Assembly (NCBI GenBank): GCA_964624315.1
Contig: CAZUWJ010000001.1
Span: 21,160 to 85,159, forward strand
Reading direction: 5' to 3'
Source of the DNA: an uncultured Gammaproteobacteria bacterium
GTDB lineage: Bacteria; Patescibacteriota; Patescibacteriia; Magasanikbacterales; GWA2-37-8
DNA length: 64,000 nucleotides
Part shown: positions 46,331-55,095 of the stretch, in pieces
Position numbering within the stretch: position 1 is the first letter of the stretch
Layout of the letters: every line of letters starts with the position of its first letter
Program-made: the position numbers and the translations under genes
The notes under the pieces: model-generated
Told to the model about the DNA's origin: nothing
Database searches by the model: none
Seen by the model: only the letters and a program-made list of their open reading frames with translations

Positions 46331-46690
46331 ATGTCAAACAAATATAAAATTCCAGAAAGATACAACCATGAAAAAAAGATAAAAAAATGGATGTGGGTAG
46401 GAGTTGTTACTTTTGTTTTAATAATTTTATTTTTTTGGGCCTTAGCTGCTAAAATGAAACTAGGTAATGTTGACTGGGGTAATATTCAAGAAAAAAACCT
46501 AATAGAAAATACTGCCCAAAACTGGGATGAAGTTTTTATAGAAGAAAAAGAAAAACAACTAGCCAAAGACAAGGAAGAAGTTAAAGAAAAAATACAAAAT
46601 ATAATAGAGATACTAGACACTGCTACTTCAAGCGTTAGTAGTACCCCTGACACAACCACTACAACAATTTTAACAACTACAACAAAATAA
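46331..46690 (+). CDS. hypothetical single-TM protein with T-rich C-terminus
   Basis: 119 aa. One TM helix ([21 protein letters not shown]), an E/K-rich middle and a [11 protein letters not shown] tail. Confidence 0.3.
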   Translation: MSNKYKIPERYNHEKKIKKWMWVGVVTFVLIILFFWALAAKMKLGNVDWGNIQEKNLIENTAQNWDEVFIEEKEKQLAKDKEEVKEKIQNIIEILDTATSSVSSTPDTTTTTILTTTTK

Positions 46691-46692
46691 AT

Positions 46693-49158
46693 ATGCCACA
46701 AGATTCATTATTGCCAAAAAATCAAATAGGAGAACTAAGAGACATCCCTATCGTAGAAGAAATGGAACGATCATATTTAGAATATGCTATGAGCGTTATT
46801 GTTTCACGTGCCTTACCAGATGTTCGCGATGGCTTGAAACCAGTGCACAGACGTATTCTATATGCTATGTGGGAAATCGGTTTAAGACATAATGCCAAAT
46901 TCAGAAAATCAGCTCATGTAGTCGGTGCAGTGATGGCCAAATATCATCCGCATGGAGATAGTGCTATTTATGATTCTATGGTACGTATGGCCCAAGATTT
47001 TTCCATGCGTGCTCAGATGGTAAACGGTCAAGGTAACTTTGGTTCAATGGACGGAGATAGTGCTGCGGCTATGCGTTATACAGAAGCCAAACTTCGAGCT
47101 ATTGCCGAAGAAATGTTATTTGACATAGAAAAAGACACTGTCAATTTTGTACCCAACTACGATGAGTCCACCAAAGAACCATCAGTTTTACCAGCCAAAT
47201 TACCTCAACTACTTTTAAATGGTAGTACTGGTATCGCCGTTGGTATGGCCACTTCTATTCCTCCCCATAATTTGGGAGAAATTTGTGACGCGGTAACTGC
47301 TTTAATAGACAACCCAGATACTGGTATCGAAGAAATGGTTAATATTATCAAAGGACCAGACTTCCCTACTGGCGGTATTATTTATAATAAAAAAGATATA
47401 CTAGAAGCTTTGGCTACTGGTAGAGGCGGCGTTGTGGTAAGAGCTAAAACAGATATTCAAGAAAAAAAGAGCGGACAATTTCAAATAATCGTAACCGAGG
47501 TTCCCTACCAAGTAAACAAAGCTAATCTTTTAGAAAAAATTGCCAACCTTGTTCAAGAAAAAAAGATAGAAGGTATCAGAGATTTGCGTGATGAATCTAA
47601 TAAAGATGGTGTTCGTGTGGTGATAGAACTAAAAAAAGATGCTTTCCCTAAAAAAGTTTTAAACAGGCTATTCAAACTAACTGATTTACAAACAACTTTT
47701 CATTATAATACTTTAGCTTTGATAGACGGTATCCAACCCAGAATATTAAATGTCAAAAATATTTTAGAAGAGTTTATAAAACACAGAAAAGAAGTAGTCA
47801 AAAGAAGAACTGCGTTTGATCTAAATAAAGCCAAGGAAAGAGCTCATATTTTAGAAGGTCTTAAAAAAGCACTTGATAAAATAGACGCTGTTATCAAAAC
47901 TATTAAAGCTTCCAAGGATAAAGAAGTCGCCCGAACAAATTTAATGAAGACATTTAAATTTACCGAGAGACAAGCTGTGGCTATTTTGGAAATGCGTTTG
48001 CAACAATTAGCAAACTTAGAAAGTAAAAAGATTGAAGATGAATTAAAAGAAAAACAAACCATCATAAAAGAGTTAGGAACTTTGCTGGCCTCTGATAAAA
48101 AAATATTAAAACTTATAAAAACCGAGACTCTAGAGATGAAAGAAAAATATGCTGATAAAAGAAGGACTCAAATAATCCCTCATGGAGTAAAAGAATTTAA
48201 AATTGAAGATTTGGTTCCTAATGAACCAACCTTAGTAATGATTACTACTGATGGATACATAAAACGTTTACCACCTGATACTTTCCGTCAACAATCACGC
48301 GGAGGCAAAGGAGTTATCGGAACAAATTCAAAAGAAGAAGAGAGCGTTGATGAGTTATCTTTGATTAATACTCATGATGACATCATGTTCTTTACTAACA
48401 GAGGACGCGTCTTCAAACTAAAGGCCTACGACATCCCACAGGCTAGTCGCACTGCCAAAGGACAGGCATTAGTAAACTTCTTACAACTTGGCCCAGCAGA
48501 AACTACGACTGCCTTTTTAGCTTTTTCTAATACCAAAAATATCAAAAACCTAGTAATGGTAACTAAAAAAGGATTAATAAAGAAAACTCCTTTAGAAGAT
48601 TTCACTAATGTCAGGAGAGGTGGTTTAATAGCTATCAAATTAAAAGAAGAAGATCATCTAGAATGGGTTGAACCATCATCTGGCAACGACGAGATAATGA
48701 TTGCCACCAAAAAAGGACAGGCAATAAGATTCAAAGAAAAGAACGCTCGCCCAATGGGCAGATCAGCCAGTGGTGTTAGAGCTATCAAATTAAAAAGTAC
48801 TGACGAAGTAATTGCTATGGATGTTGTTGACCCAAAAAATAAAAATCTTGAACTTTTAACTATTTCTGAAAACGGTTTGGGTAAGCGCACTAAAATCTCT
48901 CAATACAAAGTCCAAGGCAGAGGCGGTAGTGGTATCAAAACTATTGATATGACCAAAAAAACTGGTGAACTAATCTTTGCTAAAGCAGTTGACTCTAGCG
49001 AGAAAGCTGACAGCGATGTATTACTCATGTCTACAAAAGGACAAGTAATACGATTGCCTTACAAATCTGTTTCCACTTCTGGTCGCGCCACTCAAGGTGT
49101 GAGACTAATGAGATTCAAAGCAGGTGGAGATAAAGTTTCAGGCGTAGCAATGATATAA
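46693..49158 (+). CDS. gyrA: DNA gyrase subunit A
   Basis: [27 protein letters not shown] catalytic-Tyr region and a QQSRGGKG GyrA-box in the C-terminal beta-pinwheel. Confidence 0.9.
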   Translation: MPQDSLLPKNQIGELRDIPIVEEMERSYLEYAMSVIVSRALPDVRDGLKPVHRRILYAMWEIGLRHNAKFRKSAHVVGAVMAKYHPHGDSAIYDSMVRMAQDFSMRAQMVNGQGNFGSMDGDSAAAMRYTEAKLRAIAEEMLFDIEKDTVNFVPNYDESTKEPSVLPAKLPQLLLNGSTGIAVGMATSIPPHNLGEICDAVTALIDNPDTGIEEMVNIIKGPDFPTGGIIYNKKDILEALATGRGGVVVRAKTDIQEKKSGQFQIIVTEVPYQVNKANLLEKIANLVQEKKIEGIRDLRDESNKDGVRVVIELKKDAFPKKVLNRLFKLTDLQTTFHYNTLALIDGIQPRILNVKNILEEFIKHRKEVVKRRTAFDLNKAKERAHILEGLKKALDKIDAVIKTIKASKDKEVARTNLMKTFKFTERQAVAILEMRLQQLANLESKKIEDELKEKQTIIKELGTLLASDKKILKLIKTETLEMKEKYADKRRTQIIPHGVKEFKIEDLVPNEPTLVMITTDGYIKRLPPDTFRQQSRGGKGVIGTNSKEEESVDELSLINTHDDIMFFTNRGRVFKLKAYDIPQASRTAKGQALVNFLQLGPAETTTAFLAFSNTKNIKNLVMVTKKGLIKKTPLEDFTNVRRGGLIAIKLKEEDHLEWVEPSSGNDEIMIATKKGQAIRFKEKNARPMGRSASGVRAIKLKSTDEVIAMDVVDPKNKNLELLTISENGLGKRTKISQYKVQGRGGSGIKTIDMTKKTGELIFAKAVDSSEKADSDVLLMSTKGQVIRLPYKSVSTSGRATQGVRLMRFKAGGDKVSGVAMI

Positions 49159-49166
49159 AATAAATA

Positions 49167-49203
49167 CAAATAAAAAATACATATCCGCCAACTGGCGGAT
49201 ATG
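49167..49203 (+). terminator. rho-independent terminator after gyrA
   Basis: ATACATATCCGCCAACTGGCGGATATGTAT hairpin plus T7. Confidence 0.6.
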
Positions 49204-49238
49204 TATTTTTTTTAGTTGTATTATAACGTGACGTTCAC

Positions 49239-49317
49239 TGTCATTCCCGCGAAAGCGAGAATCCAGAAACGTTTTATTGGTAAATTCTCCTGGATCCCCG
49301 CTTTCGCGGGGATGACA
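49239..49317. repeat. MITE-like palindromic repeat, CCCGCGAAAGCG-core variant
   Basis: TGTCATTCCCGCGAAAGCGAGAATCCAG ... CTGGATCCCCGCTTTCGCGGGGATGACA. Confidence 0.7.
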
Positions 49318-49336
49318 ATCCATTTTTGCTTACTTA

Positions 49337-50734
49337 TTAAAATATTTTATCTACAAAAACTATCGTACTAAAAAACCCAAAGAACAAAAATATTAAGAGA
49401 ATAATTATTCTTCGCCAAAGTCTAGGCTGGCATTCTTTTGGTAATAATTTATAATTTGTCCAATTAACAAGTCCGACATGCACGAACATAGCTACGGCAT
49501 TAATCACTGCTCCTAATATTATTAAAGTTTTTGGTTCATAAATATTAAACAAAAACAGAAGTACCCCAAAGGTAATCTGCGCCCAAACAAAAATAAAATA
49601 AATTTTTGAAAGTTCTAAAGTAGATTCAGGATTATTATGCAATTTTTTGATAGCTACATTTTCAGCCATAATCCTACTAGTAGAATCCATTACCCCTAGC
49701 TGGGTTTGAAAAAGCATTATTGACACTACGGTTAAAAAGAAAGTTCCCAACACCGGAAACAAGGCCTTGCCTATAACCATGCCTTCGCTAATAACAAAAT
49801 TTATCCCTTCACCATTTCCGACCTGCCCAAAAGTCGTAACGTATGACAGGAGCATTAAAAAACACATTGATAACAGCCCTATAAACCAAAACACAAACAG
49901 ATGTTCTAAGGAAATTAACTTCCACCATTTTTTAAAATTACTCAAATTTTCTTCTGTAATCTCAAAATCTTCACCTGATAATTTTAATTTTTGTTTTTTC
50001 TTTAAATTAGCAAAGAGTCCAGCAATTTTTTGAGAGTAAAACCCCATGCCATATCCTTTTTCTTTAATATAGATTGATTGGGTAAGATTTAAATTCCCAC
50101 CTGCTCCAGAATAAGCAAAAGCAGCCAAAAAAGTAGCCAAAGCTATGCCCCGAGGTAAAAACCAAAACCCGTCACCCTTGCCCACCAAACCTTGAAGTAA
50201 AATTCCCCAATCAATTTTAGTAGCCAATATAACAGTTAGAATAAAAATAAATGGCACGCCTAATAAAATAATAGTTCTAGTTAATTTTTCCATTAATCCA
50301 TAAACAGTTTTGCCAGAGGACAAAACCACTCCGATTAAAAGTAAAAAGCCAATGGCTAGCCATTTAAAACTTTCTATTCCAAGTACTACGGAAAAAACTT
50401 TGGCTGAGGCAGCAATAATCCCCGGCAAACCAAAACCAATAAACGTTGAAATTATAAACCAGTACGGAGCACGTTTAAAAATTTTTGCGATACCTACAAA
50501 AACGCTCTCACCTTTTACTAGAGCATAGCGCTCTATCTCCATGTTTATAAAATATTGGAATGTAATACCGAGCATCGCCCCCCAAGCTATCCCCAGGCCG
50601 TAATTTGAAGCCATATAAGGCCACAAGATAACTTCACCAGATCCAAGACCAAGGGCTAAGATAATAAAACTCGGACCAATCAATTTTTTAAATTTTGGTG
50701 GACGAGGAAATGGTTTGTAATTTTTATCTGACAT
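49337..50734 (-). CDS. NRAMP-family-like divalent cation transporter (divergent)
   Basis: 465 aa, 11-12 TM. TM1 region LIGPSFIILALGLGSGEVILWPYMASNYGLGIAW parallels Nramp GPGfLvA.gyiDPGN.aT ..., with GSGE in place of DPGN. Confidence 0.4.
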   Translation of the reverse strand: MSDKNYKPFPRPPKFKKLIGPSFIILALGLGSGEVILWPYMASNYGLGIAWGAMLGITFQYFINMEIERYALVKGESVFVGIAKIFKRAPYWFIISTFIGFGLPGIIAASAKVFSVVLGIESFKWLAIGFLLLIGVVLSSGKTVYGLMEKLTRTIILLGVPFIFILTVILATKIDWGILLQGLVGKGDGFWFLPRGIALATFLAAFAYSGAGGNLNLTQSIYIKEKGYGMGFYSQKIAGLFANLKKKQKLKLSGEDFEITEENLSNFKKWWKLISLEHLFVFWFIGLLSMCFLMLLSYVTTFGQVGNGEGINFVISEGMVIGKALFPVLGTFFLTVVSIMLFQTQLGVMDSTSRIMAENVAIKKLHNNPESTLELSKIYFIFVWAQITFGVLLFLFNIYEPKTLIILGAVINAVAMFVHVGLVNWTNYKLLPKECQPRLWRRIIILLIFLFFGFFSTIVFVDKIF

Positions 50735-50750
50735 AATTTAAAAGTAAAAT

Positions 50751-51803
50751 CTAAAACATCCTTCTCACTTTTCTCAAAAATTTGTAAAACAAATACTTTT
50801 TATTATTTAAGATAATATCCACTGTTCCTGCGTCTTCTTTATATTCTCCTCCAAACCCAAGTTTGAATCTAGTTACACCAGCGTATTGATGGTCTTTGTT
50901 ATATTCAAATTCTTTTTTAGATCCTTCGCTCCGCTCAGGATGACAAGAGGGCTCAGGATGACAAGAAAAGTCAGGATGGCAGTTAACACAAGGCGCTATC
51001 CCAAAAAAATCATAATATTTATAACCCAACTCTTTACCAAACTTTATTGCTCCCCATTGTAGTAAATTCGGAGCCATTAACTTCCTATATTCATAATCAG
51101 ACGCCCCATAAAGATAGGTAAAAGTATCGCCAAAGCCAATAAATACGCCTGTCGCCACTACCCCGTCATCTTTATAGGCATTTAACTGGTAACTCAAATC
51201 AAATTCTAAAATTTCTTTATAATGTTTTTTATCATGCAGTCTAAAACCATCTCTTTGTCCAGTTTCTTGCATCAAATTAAAAAATTTATCAAAATCTTTT
51301 TCTTTTTTTACAACCACACCTTTCCTTTCAGACAATCCAATATTATACCTAGTCTTTGAATGCATGTTTTGCAAAATTTCTTCTTCATTTTTTGATATAT
51401 CTAATACTAAAGTAGACTTAGGATTAATATCTTTAGAAAATATAAATTTAAAATCCGAAGCCTGTATTTGCTCTTTTGGTTCAATACGTAAAAATATACA
51501 CTTTTTTTCTATAAAATAATCACTCAAGGTTCTCAAAACTTCTGTTTTCTCATCATCACCATCAATAAAAACAGGGCCTTTGGGACAAAAAGCATATTTT
51601 AATCCAAAAAACAGATCACTATACACAACCTGACATTCAGCTTTTATCTCCTCACCATCTAAAACCGCTAACCTTTCCACTTTTTTACCTTCATTTTCTA
51701 AAATTTTACCCCATCTTGAGCTTTGAGAAAAAGAAGAAAAACAGCTATTTTCTACTAGCCATTCATCCCAGCTGTCATTATTTTGTATTTTTTTAACTTC
51801 CAT
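50751..51803 (-). CDS. FemAB/FemX-family peptidoglycan branch aminoacyltransferase-like protein with in-frame repeat insertion
   Basis: Fem-like N-terminus (FSQSSRWGKI). The central segment CVNCHPDFSCHPEPSCHPERSEGS is encoded by a MITE end at 50919..50981. Confidence 0.5.
   Translation of the reverse strand: MEVKKIQNNDSWDEWLVENSCFSSFSQSSRWGKILENEGKKVERLAVLDGEEIKAECQVVYSDLFFGLKYAFCPKGPVFIDGDDEKTEVLRTLSDYFIEKKCIFLRIEPKEQIQASDFKFIFSKDINPKSTLVLDISKNEEEILQNMHSKTRYNIGLSERKGVVVKKEKDFDKFFNLMQETGQRDGFRLHDKKHYKEILEFDLSYQLNAYKDDGVVATGVFIGFGDTFTYLYGASDYEYRKLMAPNLLQWGAIKFGKELGYKYYDFFGIAPCVNCHPDFSCHPEPSCHPERSEGSKKEFEYNKDHQYAGVTRFKLGFGGEYKEDAGTVDIILNNKKYLFYKFLRKVRRMF
50919..50981. repeat. MITE-like repeat fragment (three tandem CTCAGGATGACA termini) embedded in coding sequence
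   Basis: AGATCCTTCGCTCCGCTCAGGATGACA AGAGGGCTCAGGATGACA AGAAAAGTCAGGATGGCA on the plus strand. Translated in-frame on the minus strand as the CHPx repeats. Confidence 0.7.
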
Positions 51804-51956
51804 AATACTAATGATAATTTAAAACAGCTTAAAAAGCAAGAAAACCTACATATATACAAACGTATGTGCGCCAATTTGTTAAATTATCTAAACATTGACA
51901 ATAAAGATAAAAAATGATAAAGTATCAACGTTATTTTTAAATTAAACTAATTTAAT

Positions 51957-52172
51957 ATGCCACATCCAAAAAAGAAAAGTACTAAAACTAGCAAAAAGAA
52001 CCGCGCATCACATTTTGCTTTGAAAAATCCAAATCCAATCAAATGTGAAAAATGCGGAGAACCAACAGCGCCACACAGAGCTTGCTCAAATTGTGGCACA
52101 TATAAAGGTAAAGCTGTTCTAGATACTGACAAAAGAATAAAGAGAGCCCAAAGAAGCAAGGGTAAAAAATAA
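51957..52172 (+). CDS. rpmF: 50S ribosomal protein L32
   Basis: MPHPKKKSTKTSKKNRASH ... CEKCG ... CSNCGTYKG zinc-ribbon L32. The antisense 148-aa ORF 51947..52393 is an artefact. Confidence 0.85.
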   Translation: MPHPKKKSTKTSKKNRASHFALKNPNPIKCEKCGEPTAPHRACSNCGTYKGKAVLDTDKRIKRAQRSKGKK

Positions 52173-52193
52173 TTCTTTAACTTTCTTAAAAAT

Positions 52194-52628
52194 ATGTCAT
52201 CACGCCACGTAGCCAGAAGTATAGCCATGCAATCCCTCTTTGAATGGGACTTTAACGGCCAGCCAACCGCTGGTTTACCGGTCATTGTAGAGCATAATCT
52301 AGTAGAATTTGGCTCTGGGTTAGATGACACAGAATTTACTCGTAAAACCATCGGTGGAGTTATAGAAAATTTGGCAAAGATAGATAAACTCATTGTCTCT
52401 TACGCTCCAGAGTGGCCAATCGAACAAATTACTATCATTGATAGGAATATTTTGCGTATTGGAGTTTACGAATTAAAATTCAACAAAGATATTCCACCGA
52501 AAGTAGCCATTAATGAAGCTATTGAACTAGCCAAGAGTTACGGAGGACCATCTTCAGGCAAATTCGTAAATGGTGTCTTGGGTTCAATGTATAAAGATTT
52601 AGAAAAAGAAAAAACAAATTCTAAATAA
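52194..52628 (+). CDS. nusB: transcription antitermination factor NusB
   Basis: [17 protein letters not shown] ... INEAIELAK ... all-helical NusB. Confidence 0.8.
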   Translation: MSSRHVARSIAMQSLFEWDFNGQPTAGLPVIVEHNLVEFGSGLDDTEFTRKTIGGVIENLAKIDKLIVSYAPEWPIEQITIIDRNILRIGVYELKFNKDIPPKVAINEAIELAKSYGGPSSGKFVNGVLGSMYKDLEKEKTNSK

Positions 52629-52650
52629 ATATCTCAATTAAATTTAAACT

Positions 52651-53409
52651 ATGGAAATTAGCGAATTAAAAGAAAAAAACTTTGACTTACTGCAAAAAAA
52701 AATTGACGTCAAATTTAATGATGAAAAAATTTTATTACAAGCCTTTATACATCGTTCATACATAAATGAACACCGAGATTTTCCTATCAACCACAACGAA
52801 CGTTTAGAATTTTTAGGTGATGCTGTTTTGGAGCTAATAGTAACGGATTACTTATATAATGAATATTCTAATCCAGAAGGAGAATTAACTAACTGGAGGG
52901 CAGCTTTGGTAAATGCAAAAATGCTAGCTAGCATTGCGTATGAGATAGGAGCTGAACCATATTTATTTTTAAGTCACGGTGAATCAAAAGATGCTGGCAC
53001 CAAAGCAAGGGACTATATAATGGCCAATGCTATGGAAGCGATTATTGGAGCCATCTATTGTGATCAAGGATATGATGTGACTAAAAAATTTATAACTCGT
53101 TGGGTTATATCAAAATTACCACATGTATTAGAGCATGGACTTTACATGGATTCAAAAAGTAGATTCCAAGAATCAGCCCAAGAAACAGTCGGAGTAACTC
53201 CAACTTACAAAGTTTTAGAAGAAACCGGTCCAGATCATGATAAACAATTTAAAATCGGAGTATTCTTAGAAAAAGAAATGGTAGCCGAAGGAGTTGGAAC
53301 TAGCAAACAAGAAGCTCAAACTGATGCTGCTGAAAATGGTTTAAAAGTAAAAAAATGGAAAGGCCCTAAAGTAAATATAATTAAAAGAGATCCTAAAGAT
53401 CTTGTTTAA
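52651..53409 (+). CDS. rnc: ribonuclease III
   Basis: RNase III signature NERLEFLGDAVLELIVTDYLY plus C-terminal dsRBD (DHDKQFKIGVFLEKEMVAEGVGTSKQEAQTDAA). Confidence 0.9.
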   Translation: MEISELKEKNFDLLQKKIDVKFNDEKILLQAFIHRSYINEHRDFPINHNERLEFLGDAVLELIVTDYLYNEYSNPEGELTNWRAALVNAKMLASIAYEIGAEPYLFLSHGESKDAGTKARDYIMANAMEAIIGAIYCDQGYDVTKKFITRWVISKLPHVLEHGLYMDSKSRFQESAQETVGVTPTYKVLEETGPDHDKQFKIGVFLEKEMVAEGVGTSKQEAQTDAAENGLKVKKWKGPKVNIIKRDPKDLV

Positions 53410-53419
53410 AAAAACTAAT

Positions 53420-53547
53420 TGTCATTCCGACCGTAGTCCGCCGAAGGAGGCGGACGAAGCGGAGGAATCTTTCTGTATAATTACCAAAAAAGATCTCTCC
53501 ATTTCGTTCGTATCCACTCACTTCAGTCGAGATGACAGTATTATCAC
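53420..53547. repeat. MITE-like palindromic repeat, GC-rich-core subfamily, inverted orientation
   Basis: TGTCATTCCGACCGTAGTCCGCCGAAGGAGGCGGACGAAGCGGAGGAATCTT ... CAGTCGAGATGACA is the reverse-complement form of 18319..18440. Confidence 0.7.
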
Positions 53548-53565
53548 AAACTGATAATTTAACCT

Positions 53566-53638
53566 GGGTCGCTAGCTCAGTTGGTAGAGCAGGTCCCTCT
53601 TAAGGACAAGGTCCAGGGTTCGATCCCCTGGCGACCCA
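53566..53638 (+). tRNA. tRNA-Lys (anticodon CTT)
   Basis: Acceptor GGGTCGC/GCGACCC, D-arm GCTC-AGTTGGTA-GAGC, anticodon loop CTCTTAA, T-arm CAGGG-TTCGATC-CCCTG. Confidence 0.85.
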
Positions 53639-53646
53639 CACTAATA

Positions 53647-53718
53647 GCCCCTGTAGTGAAATGGATATCATGCTTGGCTTCGGACTAAGTGTTCCGGGTT
53701 CGAATCCTGGTGGGGGCA
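53647..53718 (+). tRNA. tRNA-Arg (anticodon TCG)
   Basis: Acceptor GCCCCTG/TGGGGGC (two GU pairs), anticodon stem CTTGG/CTAAG with loop CTTCGGA, T-arm CCGGG-TTCGAAT-CCTGG, short variable loop. Confidence 0.75.
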
Positions 53719-53791
53719 CAAAATATTAAAAATAAAAAATACTCCAGCAAATGGAGTATTTTTTATTTCGAGACATCTTCCCCAAATTATA

Positions 53792-54541
53792 TTATTTTAC
53801 AAACCCGACTAATTCAACCTGATCTTTATACTCAACCACCAAATCTTTTAATTCATTTTTTAATTCTTTTAATTGAGTTTCATCATTTGCGACAACTATA
53901 ACTAAAAATGGATTATCATTTGTAAATAATTCTCCAAACCCATGACCGCCCAAAGCAATTTCAATCGCGATTTTTACATTTGCAACACTGTGATCAATAT
54001 CAAATGCCCAACGACTAACTACAAATCCGCTTGGCATATCTGTTAAGCTAATAGGGTTAACACCGCCCACACCATCATAATAAACAGATCTAGCAGTATG
54101 TAATTCTTTTGGTCTTAACATCTCCGCCTTATCCATATGGCGATGTTTAATATCTTCGCCTGACAAATCCTTCATTTTATTTACCAACTCCAAAGCAAAA
54201 TCGCGACCATAGTCATCTGATTTTTCTAATTCTTTATTATTTAATTTAGTCCAAATACCCGCTGCTCCACACCAGTCATGACTAGTAACTTCTGTTACGC
54301 CAGCTTGTAACATTTTCTCAGCTACATAATCTAAACCTTTATCGTGCAATATACCAGAACCACCTATTCTAACTTTTCCATATGAGCAACCTTCGTCCAT
54401 ACAAGTGCAATCAACCCTATCTAAATCAGAAAACAAACTATTTTTATTTTCTAATTTAAAAAAATAACTTTGGCTTCCCTCACTTAAGATATTTTTTATC
54501 TTTTGATTTTCTTCTTCAAAAAATTCTTTTTTATTTTCCAT
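53792..54541 (-). CDS. hypothetical protein with beta-carbonic-anhydrase-like Cys/His zinc-site arrangement
   Basis: 249 aa. DCTCMDEGC (C-x-D) ... GGSGIL ... DYVAEKMLQAGVTEVTSHDWCGAAG (H-x-x-C-G-A) echoes the beta-CA CxDxR ... HxxCG pattern. No Arg in the first motif, so the assignment is tentative. Confidence 0.25.
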   Translation of the reverse strand: MENKKEFFEEENQKIKNILSEGSQSYFFKLENKNSLFSDLDRVDCTCMDEGCSYGKVRIGGSGILHDKGLDYVAEKMLQAGVTEVTSHDWCGAAGIWTKLNNKELEKSDDYGRDFALELVNKMKDLSGEDIKHRHMDKAEMLRPKELHTARSVYYDGVGGVNPISLTDMPSGFVVSRWAFDIDHSVANVKIAIEIALGGHGFGELFTNDNPFLVIVVANDETQLKELKNELKDLVVEYKDQVELVGFVK

Positions 54542-54805
54542 AAAAAAATTTAAAAATTATATTTTCATACTACTCTTATTTTTTTTTGAAGTCAACTTTT
54601 GAAAATAAAAACTAAAATTAAAAAACTGTGCATAACTTTTCATAAAACTATTTCTTTTTTTGTAAAAAAAACTTATAATACATATGTCGAAAGTTTTTTT
54701 ACATAAATGCTTGTGTGTAAAAACTTCAAGAAAATTTTGAAGATATGCCCTAGGGTATTTTCAAAATAAATTCTTGTTTTAAATCTCAACTTATTAAGGA
54801 AGGAG

Positions 54806-55042
54806 GTGAACACTATGCCACCTAAGAAAAAACCAGCAAAAAGAAAAGTAACTAAGAAAAAAGTTGCTAAAAGAAAAGTTACAAAAAGGAAACCGGCTAA
54901 AAAGAAAGCTGCTCCTAAAAGAAAAGTAGCTAAGAAAAAACCGGCAAAGAAAAAAGCTGCTAAAAGGAAACCGGCTAAAAAGAAAGCTGCTCCTAAAAGA
55001 AAAGTAGCTAAGAAAAAACCGGCTAAACGTAAGAAAAGATAA
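54806..55042 (+). CDS. histone H1-like lysine/alanine/proline-repeat nucleoid protein
   Basis: 78 aa, more than 50% K/R. Tandem KKKPAKKKAAPKRKVAKKKPAKRK repeats. GGAGGTG SD. Own terminator at 55056..55091. Confidence 0.5.
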   Translation: MNTMPPKKKPAKRKVTKKKVAKRKVTKRKPAKKKAAPKRKVAKKKPAKKKAAKRKPAKKKAAPKRKVAKKKPAKRKKR

Positions 55043-55055
55043 TCTTACAAAAATA

Positions 55056-55091
55056 AAATTACCCCGCTTTTGGCGGGGTAATTTTATTTTT
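55056..55091 (+). terminator. rho-independent terminator after the histone-like gene
   Basis: TACCCCGCTTTTGGCGGGGTA hairpin plus T-run. Confidence 0.55.
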
Positions 55092-55095
55092 GTAA

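Noticed and set aside
51947-52393. 148-aa minus-strand ORF
   Set aside because: It is antisense to the well-supported rpmF (L32) and the nusB start, and has no motif. It is spurious.
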